In this document: in pieces, positions 1 through 13,537 of the stretch
How positions within the stretch are numbered: the stretch's first letter is position 1
Layout: the number at the start of each line of letters is the position of its first letter
Assembly: GCA_010093705.1 (NCBI GenBank)
Contig: MU006115.1
Location: 212,678-276,677, forward strand
Reading direction: 5' to 3'
DNA length: 64,000 nucleotides
Source of the DNA: Patellaria atrata CBS 101060
Lineage: Eukaryota
Translations under genes and position numbers: made by a program
The notes under the pieces: generated by a model
What the model was told of the DNA's origin: nothing
Databases searched by the model: none
The model's input: the letters and a program-made list of their open reading frames with translations, nothing else

Positions 1-1484
1 ATATGCTAACAAACAAGTCCACACGTATGGACATGACGTGTAATCAGGTATAAATTCGACGGACCGGGTTTGGGATACCTTCTACGAAAGTCCATAGACG
101 AATGAAACTTCCAGTGTACTCCTCAATTCTCTCCCACTCGCGTGAGAATCCCGCACTTAGTCACCCATCCAACGATGGGACAATCCCACAATACATTGCA
201 AAGGATTCTTGCAGCTTGGAAACTTTCTCTGGACCCTGTCTCTTCTTCAGGGAAGAATTGACAATGTCCTACTCCAAAGTCCATCTGCATATTTGTGTAT
301 CTTCGTTGGTGCTACAGATACAATAAGGCTCTAAACGAAGGAAACGTATACTTTGCAGCAGTACGAATTTACAACCCTTACACTACTTTAACTCTACTGG
401 ACATTGTCTCTTCTTCTGAATAGAATTGGCGACGTCTAACTCCAAGGTCTATCTTGATGTCTTTGAGTCAGTCCATACGACAAGCCTTTCAACACATGGT
501 GATGCAATATTCTGCGACAATGCAACTATAGTGTCACGATCCTGACACCGATGAAACTTTCACTGGACATCGTCTCTCTATAACTGAATTGGCGGGACCC
601 CACTTCAGCAATGTCAATTCGCTTCCCTTATGCGATGCGTATTCCGGACTTTGAAGTGCATACTTTCGCCCAACTCATACCGATGTTCTCAAACTATCGT
701 GCGAACTTTCCATGACAGCCCAACGCAGCTGTCTTATCCAGAGAACGAGTCAAACGTCTGTCCGGTCATCCAGCTGTGGTGTTCCCATATATATACAACA
801 ACAAGGTCCTTACCCTCAGGTGATTCCATTGGCTGCTCACTCTATTGATATCAGCGTTGCGGTGGATCCGGACGGCAGCCGTTTACTTCAAGCTCACGAT
901 GTCTTCTTCCCGTACAACATCACGCCCGAGTATCCTGGAGATACTTATTATTAGCTTATGTACGTCAGGCCCCCAAGTATTCTATACTCACTCCATATTC
1001 GCAGTGTACGACTAATCTATAGGACTTCACACTGTTCAAGTGCTAAGGCAATTGTGGGTGGGTACTCATAAATCAAGATTGAGTTTTGACTCAGAAATCT
1101 CGTGTACTAACATATCAAAAACCGTTAATCATTTGCGATTTCATAGACCAAGGAGAACAGATACTGGAGTTATGACAGTGTATTTCTGTACGAAGCAAAT
1201 CAGATGGAGATCTGAAGGTATGTAACACGTGATTTATGAAATCGTATAATTGATTGGTACCTTCCCGCTTGTGGATAGTTCTACTGTACTAGAACTAGGC
1301 GTATCTCAGCTTTGTAATACTTCAGCCTCACCGAAAACTTGTGATATACTTTTACGTTTGTAATTCTTTTCTTTCCACTCTGATTTCTTTCTTTCTGCCT
1401 TACTATCTTGTTTTCTCATATCTCAGAAACCTTAACTTTCATCACAAACGGTCTATTTAGCCATTCACGTCACTTTCAGAGAAT

Positions 1485-3573
1485 ATGCTGTGTCCACTTT
1501 GTCGCCACCGTGCAGCAGATCATATATCGAAAGAAGATATTTTCTATCAATTTTCCAAAAAAGCATGCCGAATCTGTTATACTTTGTTCTTTCTGACTCT
1601 CGAGTTCAACGGGGGTGTTCCATTTGGCGTAGGAACACTTGAAGTAAAGAGGATCCCCAACCGGGAACATCAATATGCTCATGAAACTTTGCGTCAAGAT
1701 TCTTTTGAAGGTCGAGAGTTCATCGTTGCTAACGCAGGTTCAAGTAAGTGAAGACTCTCAATGCGCCCTCCCCTTTTGTGAGCGGAATGATGTGCTATAA
1801 CATTAGCAGAATACGTTGATATTGGATAGCAATTATGCTCATATCTAAATATATCACAGGCGAGCTTACCAAAAGGGCGATATGGTCTTGTCCAACGAGG
1901 ATACCATTTGATGCGCGGTTCCCAGTACTTCGAGAATGGCTCACGCTCTGTGATAAGTTCGACAACATGGGCGATGGATACGATGCAGTCCGTTGTTATC
2001 AGCCGGGCCCTTTGCCGACTCGAGTTATTGATGTTGGAGCCTCTAAAGGTCCGGATGAAATACGCGTAATCCAAACTGACGGAACGCAAAGCGAACGTTA
2101 CACTACACTTAGCCACTGTTGGGGGACGGCATATTCGCTGTCTCCCCCAAAATTACTGAGGAGTAATGCAACAGAGTGGTACAATTTCAGCGATGCGCAA
2201 AGGCTACCTTCAACATACAAAGATGCTATCACCCTTACAAGGCTATTAGGAGTGCGGTATTTGTGGATTGACTCCTTATGCATCATTCAGGTGGGACTTG
2301 AATGTTGCTTGCATTCAAAGAGTCGTTCGATTAACCTTTAGAAATATAGGACGATGAGGACGATTGGAGACGTGAATCTTCAAAAATGGCGTCCATTTAT
2401 CGGAATTCGTATTTGACTATCGCTGCTACTGCAGCAGAACATAGTGGGATCGGGTGTTTTAGTCGCGCCAGCGCCTCATCACACGTTACCAGAACAAGAA
2501 CTAAGTACGAGGTTATGCGACAAGAAAGCAAAGAGACATATATCCGCCTACCACCTAATGAGATAACTTCTTTGTTGAGCTCTCCTCTCTATAAAAGAGC
2601 TTGGACCCTACAAGAGATCTGTTTATCCAAACGACGTGTACATTTTGCCGATGACCAAATGTACTGGCAGTGTCAGACCAGAACGTGTTCTGAAGATGGA
2701 CTGTTGAGCGCTCCTACTTCATCCGTTACACCTTCTCTCTTGGACTCTCTCGTAGGAACTCCGAATTCCATGCGAACATGGTGGTCCTGGGTGGAGGACT
2801 ACAGCAATCGCAAACTGACGGTCCAAAGCGACCGGTTAGTGGCATTTGCAGGAATTACGAAGTATTTCGAAGAGCAAACAGGGAATACCGCAGTGGTTGG
2901 TCTCTGGGAGGATGAGATAGTTTCCAATTTGTTATGGTATACCCAGAATCCAGCGGCGTTTTCTCCCAGAGGTATACCTTCCTGGTCTTGGTTCAACATT
3001 GATGGTCAAGTCACAAGACCCACATTTCGTGACCCGAGATACTGGAACTGCAAAAGAATCCAAAATCTCAAGGTTATACGAATAGAAGTAAAGTGGGCAG
3101 GTGAGCGACTAGTTTCGGACCTCACTCGTTCCAATATCCTCGTGACTGGACAGATAGCCACATTCATCCACGTCGATGCCTCCGACGACCACACCCTTCG
3201 GTGGGAACAGAAAGATTGGATTTTTCGGATTATTCGGTCGCTCGCGCCGGAAGGACCTCAAGTGGATTGGTGTAAAGCGTATTGCTGCTTTGATCTGGGC
3301 TCGGATTCATTCCGCTTTTTCCACGGACGGATTTGTTGCTTACGCGTAGAAACACTGGCCTCCTATGATCACGAACGCAATGTACCGGGAAATATTTACG
3401 AGGTCCTCATTGTAGAACAGCTCGGGGTGCTTAATGGTGATGAATTTCCTTCCTATCGGCGTATGGGAGTTGGCTCTATAGAATTAGGATTTACGCCGGA
3501 AAGTGTAGGGAAGCTGGATGAGTTTGAACGCCAAATATTCAAAGAACCCGCTATGGAGCTATATCTTGTGTAG
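1485..3573 (+). CDS. Heterokaryon incompatibility (HET) domain protein, about 3 exons
   Basis: HET motifs [107 protein letters not shown]-terminal MLCPLC exon. Phase-compatible GT-AG introns at about 1744-1859 and 2291-2350. Confidence 0.9.
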
Positions 3574-4845
3574 TTCATGTTCTCTTGGGAGTTCGTAGGA
3601 TGCGAATGGTATACTCAAATTAAGTGATATACGGAGGATCAATACGCAGCTCAGACAAGGAATTCGTGAGATTTTGTTATAAAGTTAGGTTATCACTCTA
3701 TTATTATATATCTCTTGAGACCTAGAAATTAATGTACGTGTATCTCTGTAAAGTCGTAAAGTAAGAGCCACGAAGTCGTCCATCTCCACAATGGTCGTCA
3801 TTCCACCGCGTGGGTGGTGATCCAGAGAGTTATGAGATCACTACGAAGAGCTTGCCCCTACTTAAGATCAATAACTATCATAGCCGCGTCGTACGACTTT
3901 TTTAGAGCGAATTTCTATCTCTGTAGAAAACTTTCTGCCTAACTGTACACTCTCTCTTAGATATGGCCTCCGCATCCGCTGTACATAACAGAAGTGACCA
4001 ACGGGCTGTAGGGGTACAGGAATACTACACTGTACTTCTTTTAGGAATATGCCTAAATATGGGGGTTAAATGTCTCCTGTAGAGTGCATAATCAACACAA
4101 AGCTACCAGAGCGCATGAACATTGATAAGGAAGAAATGTTAAACGATGAAATAGCTACGAAGCTGTTCTAAGCTAAGAGAATGTGTTTTTGCACTGTCAT
4201 CCTCGAAAAGCAATTTTCTTTATCCACCGCGGGACTTTTGTCTACTTGCTTGGAGTCAAAGTTCATACGAGCGTGAATGATACCTTTTGATCGAAATCCA
4301 ACGTTCTGCCACACGTCACGTCAATCAAATAATTTCCCTGCTCCAACACTTTTCCATACAACCTTTTGAACATTCTCTTCCCTCACAATGCTGGGCTTCA
4401 TTTCTGTTTGGTGAGTCACTTGAAGATTGAGCTATACTTTAAGAATAGAGCAATGGAAGAAGCGCGAGATAATACATTCCTAGTCTTCATAGAAACCTTC
4501 CAGAAATATGTGTTATTTTGATGGACATTGGTGATATTACACCTAGTATGGATAAGTAGAATGGTCACGCCGAAGAAGGTACGTTCATACCTCAGCAAAT
4601 ATATCGTAGACACCGGACAGGTATATGATAAACCAGTGATTCGTGGAATGGACAATACATAGCTTCAAATACGTATCACCACGATTACCAGCATTAGGGA
4701 GCGCTTCGTAGTAAGTAGTAACTTTAATTACAGGAAGTATATAAGCATGGTAAATGCAATATGACGCTGACTCTCTGCAGATCAAGAAGGACTACAACTC
4801 CATGGGTAATATATTATCATATAGCCCCTGCTCAGATATCACTTC

Positions 4846-5689
4846 TTACCCTCTCCAGACAGCAGGTCCAGGAGCAGTATACGATGATGTCTACAATTGA
4901 AGTCAGCATAACTGAACAATAAATATGGAAACAAGTGTCCCTTACTCCTGAATAGATATTGACCTTGATACCTGGATCGTTCGGGCTGTATGCTCCTGGG
5001 AACGAGACCAAGGGGCTGGGGTTTCCAGTCCCACCGCCGGTAACCTTTACCTGCGCGCAAGAAATGTAGAACTGCGCACCCCCTGCGTTGGAAGCCTGGT
5101 GCAACGCAATATGTTCAACTCTCAAGAGATAATCTCCAGCGGGAGTGGACGAGGGAATCGTCACGCTTACAGAGCCGGCATCTATACCATGTCAACTAAT
5201 CAATCCTCACACGATACTTCATCTAGTGAGGACAAACATACTCAACGACGGCCAGTTCATCTGACCTCCTGAAATGGTGGGACCCTGCGACGCAATCTTG
5301 AACCACACGTTCCCGGAGCCGTCCCAGGAGGAAATGCTCTGTCCAGATGGGACCTTAGCCATATAGAACTGGAGTGGGCCGGGATGGAAGATATTTGGGT
5401 TCGCCTTGAATCCAACGCTGGATCCTGCGGCTACGGTCTGGGTAGAGGCGCTTTTGCCGCCTGCGCCCTGGTAGCAGCGGATAGCTTGAGAGTTCACGTC
5501 CGTGACGCCGGCGTTGCTTTGGTAGTTGAGTGTTTGGCGGACATATTGCCAGTCGCTCGTGCCCGTGAGAGCTGGGAAGGTATCTGTGAAGTAATTAGCA
5601 GAGGAGTTTACTACACGAGAACATTATCTCTTGCAGTGTGGCAAGGCCGTCGCTAGCGAGGCCAGCGATGTCAAAAGGTACAACTTCAT
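4846..5689 (-). CDS. AA9 (GH61) lytic polysaccharide monooxygenase, 4 exons, no CBM
   Basis: Spliced product [94 protein letters not shown]. Introns at 5634-5584 (GC-AG), 5241-5182 and 4945-4891. Confidence 0.95.
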
Positions 5690-7927
5690 TCTGGAAAAGA
5701 CGAACTTGATAATAGATCTGAAGAACCGAAACACTCACACAACGATTAACTTCCAGACTGGTGCTACGTACGCATTATGTATGTGGCTGCATTGCTGTGG
5801 GGTTACTTTCAACTGATATGAGGCCCGAGGGTCACTTGATTTACCCGCAATATAATTTCCCCAGACACTACCCGATTAGGAAGTCTTTTAATATACTCCC
5901 CACAAACCACTTCCGAAAGCCGGTAGTTTTCTTCTAATATAAAAATTTATCGATTTTTTTCGTCTCGTCGCACCGAGGTTTGCATGTTCCAGTGCATACT
6001 CATTGTAAATAATTCATACACAGAAGTCCAATATCTGATTATTCTGTGAAAATGGTAATGGATTCGTACAGTGTGGAGAGTCCCCTTGCTCATCTAGTCT
6101 TGTTTTATTGTGGAGCCTTTACAATAACTGTCCTACTTACGCTTATAAGAGAGGGTCATATGCAAGATGAATATTCCAAGGCATATCGTATTGGAAGAGA
6201 AGTGTTCGCTGACTCGAGTGGTAAACTCCAGTGGGGAGCTTCCATATTTACCTGAAAATTCTCCGAGGACATCTTCACGCTAGACATAGTACTAGGAGCT
6301 ATAGCGGATATTTGCGTTTGACGGATGCATTAGCATTTGGACTGTATGTCACTGCACGTGATTCCAAATATCTCATGGAGATACATATATATTTTTTAGC
6401 AACGCTGTTTTGTGGTTGAAAATGAAAAGCAGGTCGAAGGAAGCCCGTCGTAAAATAGTAGCACAGATAGAAGTCTAGTGCTATATTTTCTGGGCTATTT
6501 CCCGTTTAATAATTGGTACAAGCACATCCTTTGTACGGGCATTGTAGGTCTAATTACGTTGCAATAGGTATTAGCAGCTATATTGATAGGTTCTTGGTAG
6601 GTACTCACTTGGATAACCTACGCAACCTGAATATCCACTAGCTCGACAGTTGACCCCGCGAACACCACAGTCTAAGCAGATCAGTGATGATATCAAACAT
6701 TATAGCAAGAGAATACGGTGTTACGGCCACATACTTGTCTTCTCACAAGGTCCGGTATATGGCGTATAGCTTCCATATTGAGAGCAATCGGCTCTTAGCT
6801 CCGAACCTAACGTCCCTCCATAAACACCCCGAGTGAGGAATAGAGCTGAGCTCAAGATAAAGGGAAGGGTGAAATGCATTGCGTGCTTGAAGTAACGGAT
6901 GGTGAGGAAGTGTTGGGCTGAATAGAATTTGGCGAAAGTAACGGTTAAAGGAAAACTGAAAGTATATATTTGTACTAGTAATGGTTACATCTCCATTTAA
7001 ATGTATAGACGACCAAGAATACCTTTATTAGTACTAAGGAATGCTTGATGTACTACAGTATATCGTACAGTACGAAGAGGCTCAAATCATTTCTCGAAGA
7101 CCAATGACGTGTACGACTAGACTTATAGTAGTGGATACACTTGGCAAAATCCACTTCACCAAGTCTTACAGTACAACATTGTCTCCATGTCTTCGCTGCT
7201 TTTAATCTCGTTATACCTTATTAATAATTGCGTTGCACTGTAGGCGGACGAAGTATATCAGTTCCAAGAGACCAAGCCTAGGCAAGGAGTCCTGATATGG
7301 TTGGCTTCATTAGTATGTCTTGTATAGCAGTCATTGACCATCTCAAGCCTTTTACATCGCAAAATGCGTAGCTTCTACCGCATCACTGACATGGTCGCAA
7401 ATCCGATATAGGGCTGGGATTGTGCTTCTCAGGAAGTGACCAGGCAAGGCCCTCAACGAATACGAGAGTTTACAGACCGTACCGAGGGAGTCTTATCAAT
7501 CTTACTTAATTCATGTATCGCGATGAGCGGGCTGCTGAGGATGAATATGTATAGGTAAGTGTATAAGAGGAGGAGAGCTTCGAGGGAACCGTAGATGACC
7601 TTGTTCAGCGATGGGGCTTGTACTGTACTGGCGTTCAAGCCAGGTAGGAACAGATCCATACGGACTATGGGATGTACGCCGCAGTGGAGTTGAAGCCATC
7701 CCTCGTGTCTGATGATGGGGAACGCGTGGTGGTGCAAAAACTGTTGTCGTTGCTGAAGTGGCTAGGTGATGACTAAGGTCAAGTAAACTCCCGTCTCCAC
7801 CAACTGCTCTCTCAACACCTTCAATCCACGCCTACTTATACCCTTAATACTAATAGTGTACTACAAATATGCGTACGTTGTAATTCAGTATTAAAAAAAA
7901 AAAAAGCTCGAACTACCCACATCATCC

Positions 7928-9749
7928 ATGAGCTTGCTCAGCTTGATTTTAGTCACACCAGTGACTGTAGCGTGTTCTGTCGCTGCTTATCGATTACTCC
8001 TCCACCCCCTATCTAATATTCCTGGCCCGAAGTTGGCGGCCATTACCAGACTATATGAGTTTTACTTTGATTGTATCCTTGCGGGGAAGTTCGGTTTTCA
8101 AATCGAACAACTTCATAAGCAATACGGTAAATATCTCTATGGCTTTTATCTCCTCACAGCTTGATTAACTCAGTTTCGGCGATCAGGACCAATTATGCGG
8201 ATTGGCCCGAACGAAGTTCACATTTCCGATCCGGATCACTTCGAAACGTTGCATAATGTGACGAACCGTATTGATAAGGACCAATGGTATTATAGATTTG
8301 TTGGTTCCCAGGACGCGGGTTTTGGGACCGGCGATGCAGACCTCCATCGGATACGAAGGAAAGCGATGAATAGGTTCTTTGCCAGTTCTGCTATCTCCAA
8401 CCTCGAACCTTCATCGCGGGAAAAGGTTCAAAAAATGTGTCGTCGGCTACAAGAAATGCGGAAGGACGGCAGGCCTGTCAATCTTTCCAATGCTTTCCGT
8501 TGTCTAGCTGCCGATTCGGTGACTTATTACTGCATGCCTCAAGGTTTCAATTTGCTGGATTCCATTGATTTTGCAGAGGACTACAATAGACAGGCACGCA
8601 CGATCTCATACATCGCGGTTTGGCATCGGCATATACCAATAATCTTTCCCATCTTCATGCGTATGCCAAGGTGGTTTGTGAAAATGACATTCACAGAAGG
8701 AGGTCTATTGGCATTTGACTTTCAAACAGTACGTACACATTTTCATGCACTATATTTTCAAAGTCCCTTTTAGCCTTTAAAAGTCACTGTAGGCCTTTAG
8801 AACAATTACTGGAAAGTTTTGAAGTTTGAAGTATCAACAAACTTGCATCATTTGTATGAGGTACGATAAATTCGTATGGCGGGGGCACTTTGTACGATTT
8901 TTGAGCTAACTACGCAGTAAAGTGGGAGATCTCTTTAATAGTTGGCTTACGGTGGAAAAAGATGGACAGTGATGATTGATATCTCTGACGTTGATATTAC
9001 AGGATCTTGCCCGTCAGTCAGCCAGTGCAGTCCATGCCGAGAACAGGAGCGACATATCCGTGCTGGACGGGATAATCAATTCGGAATTCTTACCAGAAAG
9101 TGACAAAACGGTTGGCCGAATTACACAAGAAGCGCGAACGCTTGTCGGTGCAGGCAGCGAAACCACAGGATCTTCTTTAGAGATGATCGCATACCATGTT
9201 CTTGCAAATCCTCCGGTCTTTCAGCACCTAAGAAATGAACTCTCGGAGACAGTCTCGAAGTTCGGACAGAATTCGTTAACCTCGTATTCCACTCTTCAAC
9301 ATCTACCGTACCTGACTGCGGTAATTAACGAAGGTCTCCGCTTAAGCAATAGTGTCTCAGGGCGTCTCTGCCGAGTAGATCATCACAATGCCCAATTGTA
9401 CAAGTCGTATACCCTGCCGCCCGGAACTGTAATTAGCATGAATCTTCGATCTTCACATACCGATCCATCCATTTTTCATGATCCCCTCGATTTTAAGCCT
9501 GATCGCTGGCTCAAAGACACCGAGTCAAAAATGCTTGAAAAATATTTCATACCCTTTGGTCGAGGCTCACGAAGCTGCATTGGCAAATCGTTAGCTATGA
9601 TGAATCTTTATTTGACAACTGCCAACTTATTTTTCCACTTCGTACCCCAGCTGTATGAGACTACTCTAAAGGATATCGAGATGGAGCACGACTTTTTCGC
9701 TCCCTTTCCACCACATGAGTCAAAGGGACTACGAGTGATACTTAAGTGA
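7928..9749 (+). CDS. Cytochrome P450 monooxygenase (trichodiene-oxygenase-like type), 3 exons
   Basis: [36 protein letters not shown]-helix AGSETT, ExxR (EGLR), PDRW and heme motif [10 protein letters not shown]. Introns at about 8127-8187 and 8729-9002. Confidence 0.95.
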
Positions 9750-9814
9750 GGTAATTGAAGGTGATCGCAAATTAGAGTGACATCCATTTCAGATGATCAC
9801 TACACGAAACTTCA

Positions 9815-10697
9815 TCATTTCTTCTTCAAAGCACCCCCATCCACCGTCAATTCCAGACCAGTTACAAATCCGGCGCCAACCAAATACTCGGCCGCGTCGG
9901 CTATATCAGCCGGCCTACCTGCGCGGTTGGTGGGATGATCACTGACATCTTTCTCCTCGTTCTGATTCTCGAAGCTACCACCCTTCTCATCACCTGCCTT
10001 ACTCTCATGTTCCACCTTGATGCGTCCAGGCGCGATTAAGTTGACTCTAATGCCCCATTGTGAGAGGCTGATAGCCATGCTGTGCATCAGTCCCAGTTGA
10101 CCTGATTTCGTCGAGGCATAACCTTCTTGGTTAGGATCAGATTGGTGCGCGCGGAAGGATCCAACATGAATGATGCAAGGTCCAGGAGCAGAGTTGTCTG
10201 TCGATTCCACATCCGAAGAGTCTTGCTTCATATATGGAAGACAAGCTTGGGACATTGCAAAGGGAGCAGTAAGATTCGTTTCAATGTAGCTGAACGATAG
10301 ATCAGCTACTTTAGACATGTCAAAGAAGATAACTGAGGACCTACGCTTGCCATTCGTCAATTGTGTCTGGCTCTTCCATCGTCTTATTATCTTTCCACTT
10401 TGGGCTAGCAATTCCACCGTTGTTGATGAGAACATCAATCCTGCCGCCAAAGAAGGCTGCAGCTTTCTTAACCTTTTCGCGGATATCCTTGACATCACGG
10501 AGATTGCAGATCTCGGAGCGAAGTTTATCATTGGATGAATACTGCTTCAGATGAATATTAGTCGTATGTGATAGTTCCTCCTCGTCAATGTCAAATATAA
10601 CTACGCGGTCGCCACGTTCAAGGAATCGGCGGCTCAAGCAGCGACCAATTCCTCGAGCTCCGCCGCTGATTAGGACTGCCCTAGAGTTTTTGTTCAT
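9815..10697 (-). CDS. Classical short-chain dehydrogenase/reductase, 2 exons
   Basis: ISGGARGIG, DVLINNGG, catalytic YASTK, IRVNLIAPG and FVTGLELTVDGG. Confidence 0.93.
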
Positions 10698-11017
10698 CGT
10701 GTCAGGTTTGAATGTAAAGTGAGATTAAAAGACCGTGTTGAGGTCAATCGGCAACACATATTTATGCCAGCAATGTTTGCCTCAGGTACAGCGACGCGAA
10801 TGTGACGTCACAGTGAAATAACGAATCATTCTGTGGCAAGGGAAACTCAAGTAAGGTTACCTTAGTTTCCTCGCGTTCTACCCTCGCTTATCATTGCTTC
10901 AATCATCCACATTTTGCAACTTCAAATATAAAAACTGGTCATACTCTCCAGCAAAACGATCCTAGGCTAACAATCAACTCTATCATATATTCTTTTCTCA
11001 GGGTAAGGGAAGAAAAC

Positions 11018-11601
11018 ATGGGGATTACCTTCTCCACCCTTCACTCCCATGCAAATCAAACATTTCCTTTCGAAATGCTCCCTATTCAAGTTCAACTTCA
11101 TATTCTCTCTTTCACCGTCTCGTGGCCAAAAATGGACCTGGGAAATGGCAAGGTAATATTCCTGGCGGACCGGGTATCCGCATCGACAGTTCCGGACGAG
11201 CACGCCCATTACCGTCAATATCCGAGAACAGATCCTCCTGTCGGACATGCACTTCACTATCATGGACTGATTCGTACAGCTGAACATGCAAGACCACGGG
11301 CCTGTGCACTTGTAATAGACTTGGAGATTCGCTATTCTCTGTGAGTATAACCTAGCGGAAGCAACTCTGTGGGGTTACAACTGGTTTTCCATCAGAGGGA
11401 CGGAAAATCAGATTGAGGATGTTGTTATGAAAATCCCATCTCACGGGTTTCAGCAAATACGTTGGCTGTACCTAGACTTCGGTCGCGACTTCTTTGAGGG
11501 CGACCTTCCTGAGCGCTGCACCGGCCTTGGTTTGAAAGGTCTGGTCGGACCGATTCAAAAGCGTGGGAGGCGCGATGTTTTCACGAACGTACTAAACTAT
11601 G
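11018..11601 (+). pseudogene. Degenerate gene with F-box-like N-terminus
   Basis: FPFEMLPIQVQLHIL resembles a fungal F-box start. The frame is broken by stops and shifts near 11344-11430 and about 11520. Confidence 0.4.
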
Positions 11602-12359
11602 AAACATTGAACTATGATCATGCGTTGGAGTTTCAGTTTGTAACAACTCCCAATTATTATCGACGCTGGATCCTATGAACTTGATCTCGAACGGATTTTG
11701 TTAATCGCATGTATTTTCCGGAGCTTTTATCATTTCGGACCACATCCGCTTCGTGGTACACTTCAAGTTTTTGACGCATTTCACTTCAGTGGGGGTATGG
11801 GTTATTTTGTGTTAAAAGATATTTAGACGCATACGACACTTTTCGTCTTATGTCCTTTGCATGGTGATAACCTGAAATTAGAGTCTACTCTTAGTAAGTG
11901 TATCTCCAGATTTCTTAAGTCTCCCCGAATTTCCTCCTCCGTTCATCTTCGAACTTGTCTAGGGTTTCACATTTGTATGAGCATGCTGGTGTGGTAGGCG
12001 TCAATTCCATAGTGAGCTATCATCAACTAATCACAGTACATTGAGTCTTCCTGCCTAATCAGGTAAGTTATCCAGGCGTACACAAGGGTATATTACTGTA
12101 CGGAAGGCGGATATTATTTCAAACTCTATCTATGACATGAAACGCTTTTATACCTCACCTAGAAACTGCGAAGGTAATGGTAAGAAATTAGATACGGTCA
12201 GGTAAACAACATGTGCATATTTTCTCACCATCCTAGTAAGGGTAAGTTATACCATTTCTATATCATAGACATAAGATGTAAATGTCCACATTTCAATTTA
12301 TGCGCTTCACTTCATCTTCCCAGCAGACTAACTATGCCCGGGACGTATCTACTGATCGA

Positions 12360-13537
12360 CTATTGTCCAACAAACATAACGACTGTAAGTTTGAACTGGC
12401 GTCCTTCTGCTTGAGGCCCGACATAATCTTTGGGAAACGTCATGATTTTGGTAATTCTCTTGTTGCCGAACTGATTATGATGGTCCTTGAGAAAATGGAT
12501 CTTGGATTTGACAGTATCGGTTCCCAACCAAGCAGTGAATGCATCATCCATTGCTTTATTGTTTGGATTTGGAGTGAAGATTTCAATCTCGTTATTGGGA
12601 ATATCATTCATTCTGTAAGAATCCTCGAGGACTTTGACCGCGCCTTTATTTTGTACATCACGACCGACAATCAACTGAAGGTTTCCATATAGTGACTCAG
12701 GACGTCCGTGTCGCCGCGCGGATATACGGGCCCAGGTCTGCGAGAAGATTTCCGAGTAGGGCAGACGATTGCGGCTGCTTGTGGGATTCCCATCCGCTCC
12801 TTGAAATGCCCAGGAGACAATTGCTACACCGTCCTCCGGATTATACATATTCTGTTGAACGATATCGGGTTGGTGCTTGCTGTTAGGGACACGGTCCTTA
12901 GACTTCACAGTCACGCCCTCGTAGTTCCCCTGAATATCTTTGTTATATCTGGAGAATAGAAGCCTTTAGGTCATTGTACTGGTTAGCTTTGCCAAACTCA
13001 GGACCAACGTTATAGCCGTCTTCAATGTCAGCATAGTCCCCACGACCATTAGGATCGTTTTTAGCCCTGGTCGTCTTGTCAGGGATATTGTTGCGAACCG
13101 CGAACTCGCGCGATTCCTCTATTCTCCTCCCGTCGGATATATACTTGTCGAAGGTAAACACGCGATCGATGTGGGATTGCGAGACTTCACTCCCTACGTG
13201 CAGAGGACCGCTCGGAGTGTCATCGGGATGGTCGTTAGGCCTAGTGTTTTGCAGACTGGATCTCGGAGAACCCGTGTTAGGGCGTGTTGGGGAACCAGGT
13301 TTGGGTTTAGGAGTGGGTAAACGGAACGCCCGGGAACCAAGGCTGCGTCCAGCTGTCCATTCTGAGAGGTAGGTCAACTTGGATTAACACAATTGTTGAA
13401 TATAATATATATTTACTGGGACAGTCATCCAGGTCATATTGCTTGGTCGAGTCAAAGTGGGGGTTGAGCGGCAACGCAACAACCCTTTGCAGACCGTATG
13501 CTGCTAAGGAGTAGAGGATGATGTTCGAAATATACAT
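12360..13537 (-). CDS. Secreted uncharacterized protein with an unresolved frameshift or weak intron near 12950
   Basis: Signal peptide MYISNIILYSLAAYGLQRVVA|LP. Intron 13416-13362 restores the frame (CPKWTAGRSLGSRAFRLPTPKPKPG). C-terminal domain AFTAWLGT..KIHFLKDHHNQFGNKRITKI is in another frame from about 12950. Confidence 0.6.

Noticed and set aside
1..954. Short plus-strand ORFs that might be the 3' end of a gene or pseudogene
   Set aside because: No recognisable motif and no consistent spliced frame.
7187..7737. Coding-like sequence upstream of the P450 (94-aa and 62-aa ORFs)
   Set aside because: No family signature. It could be a relic but I cannot support a call.
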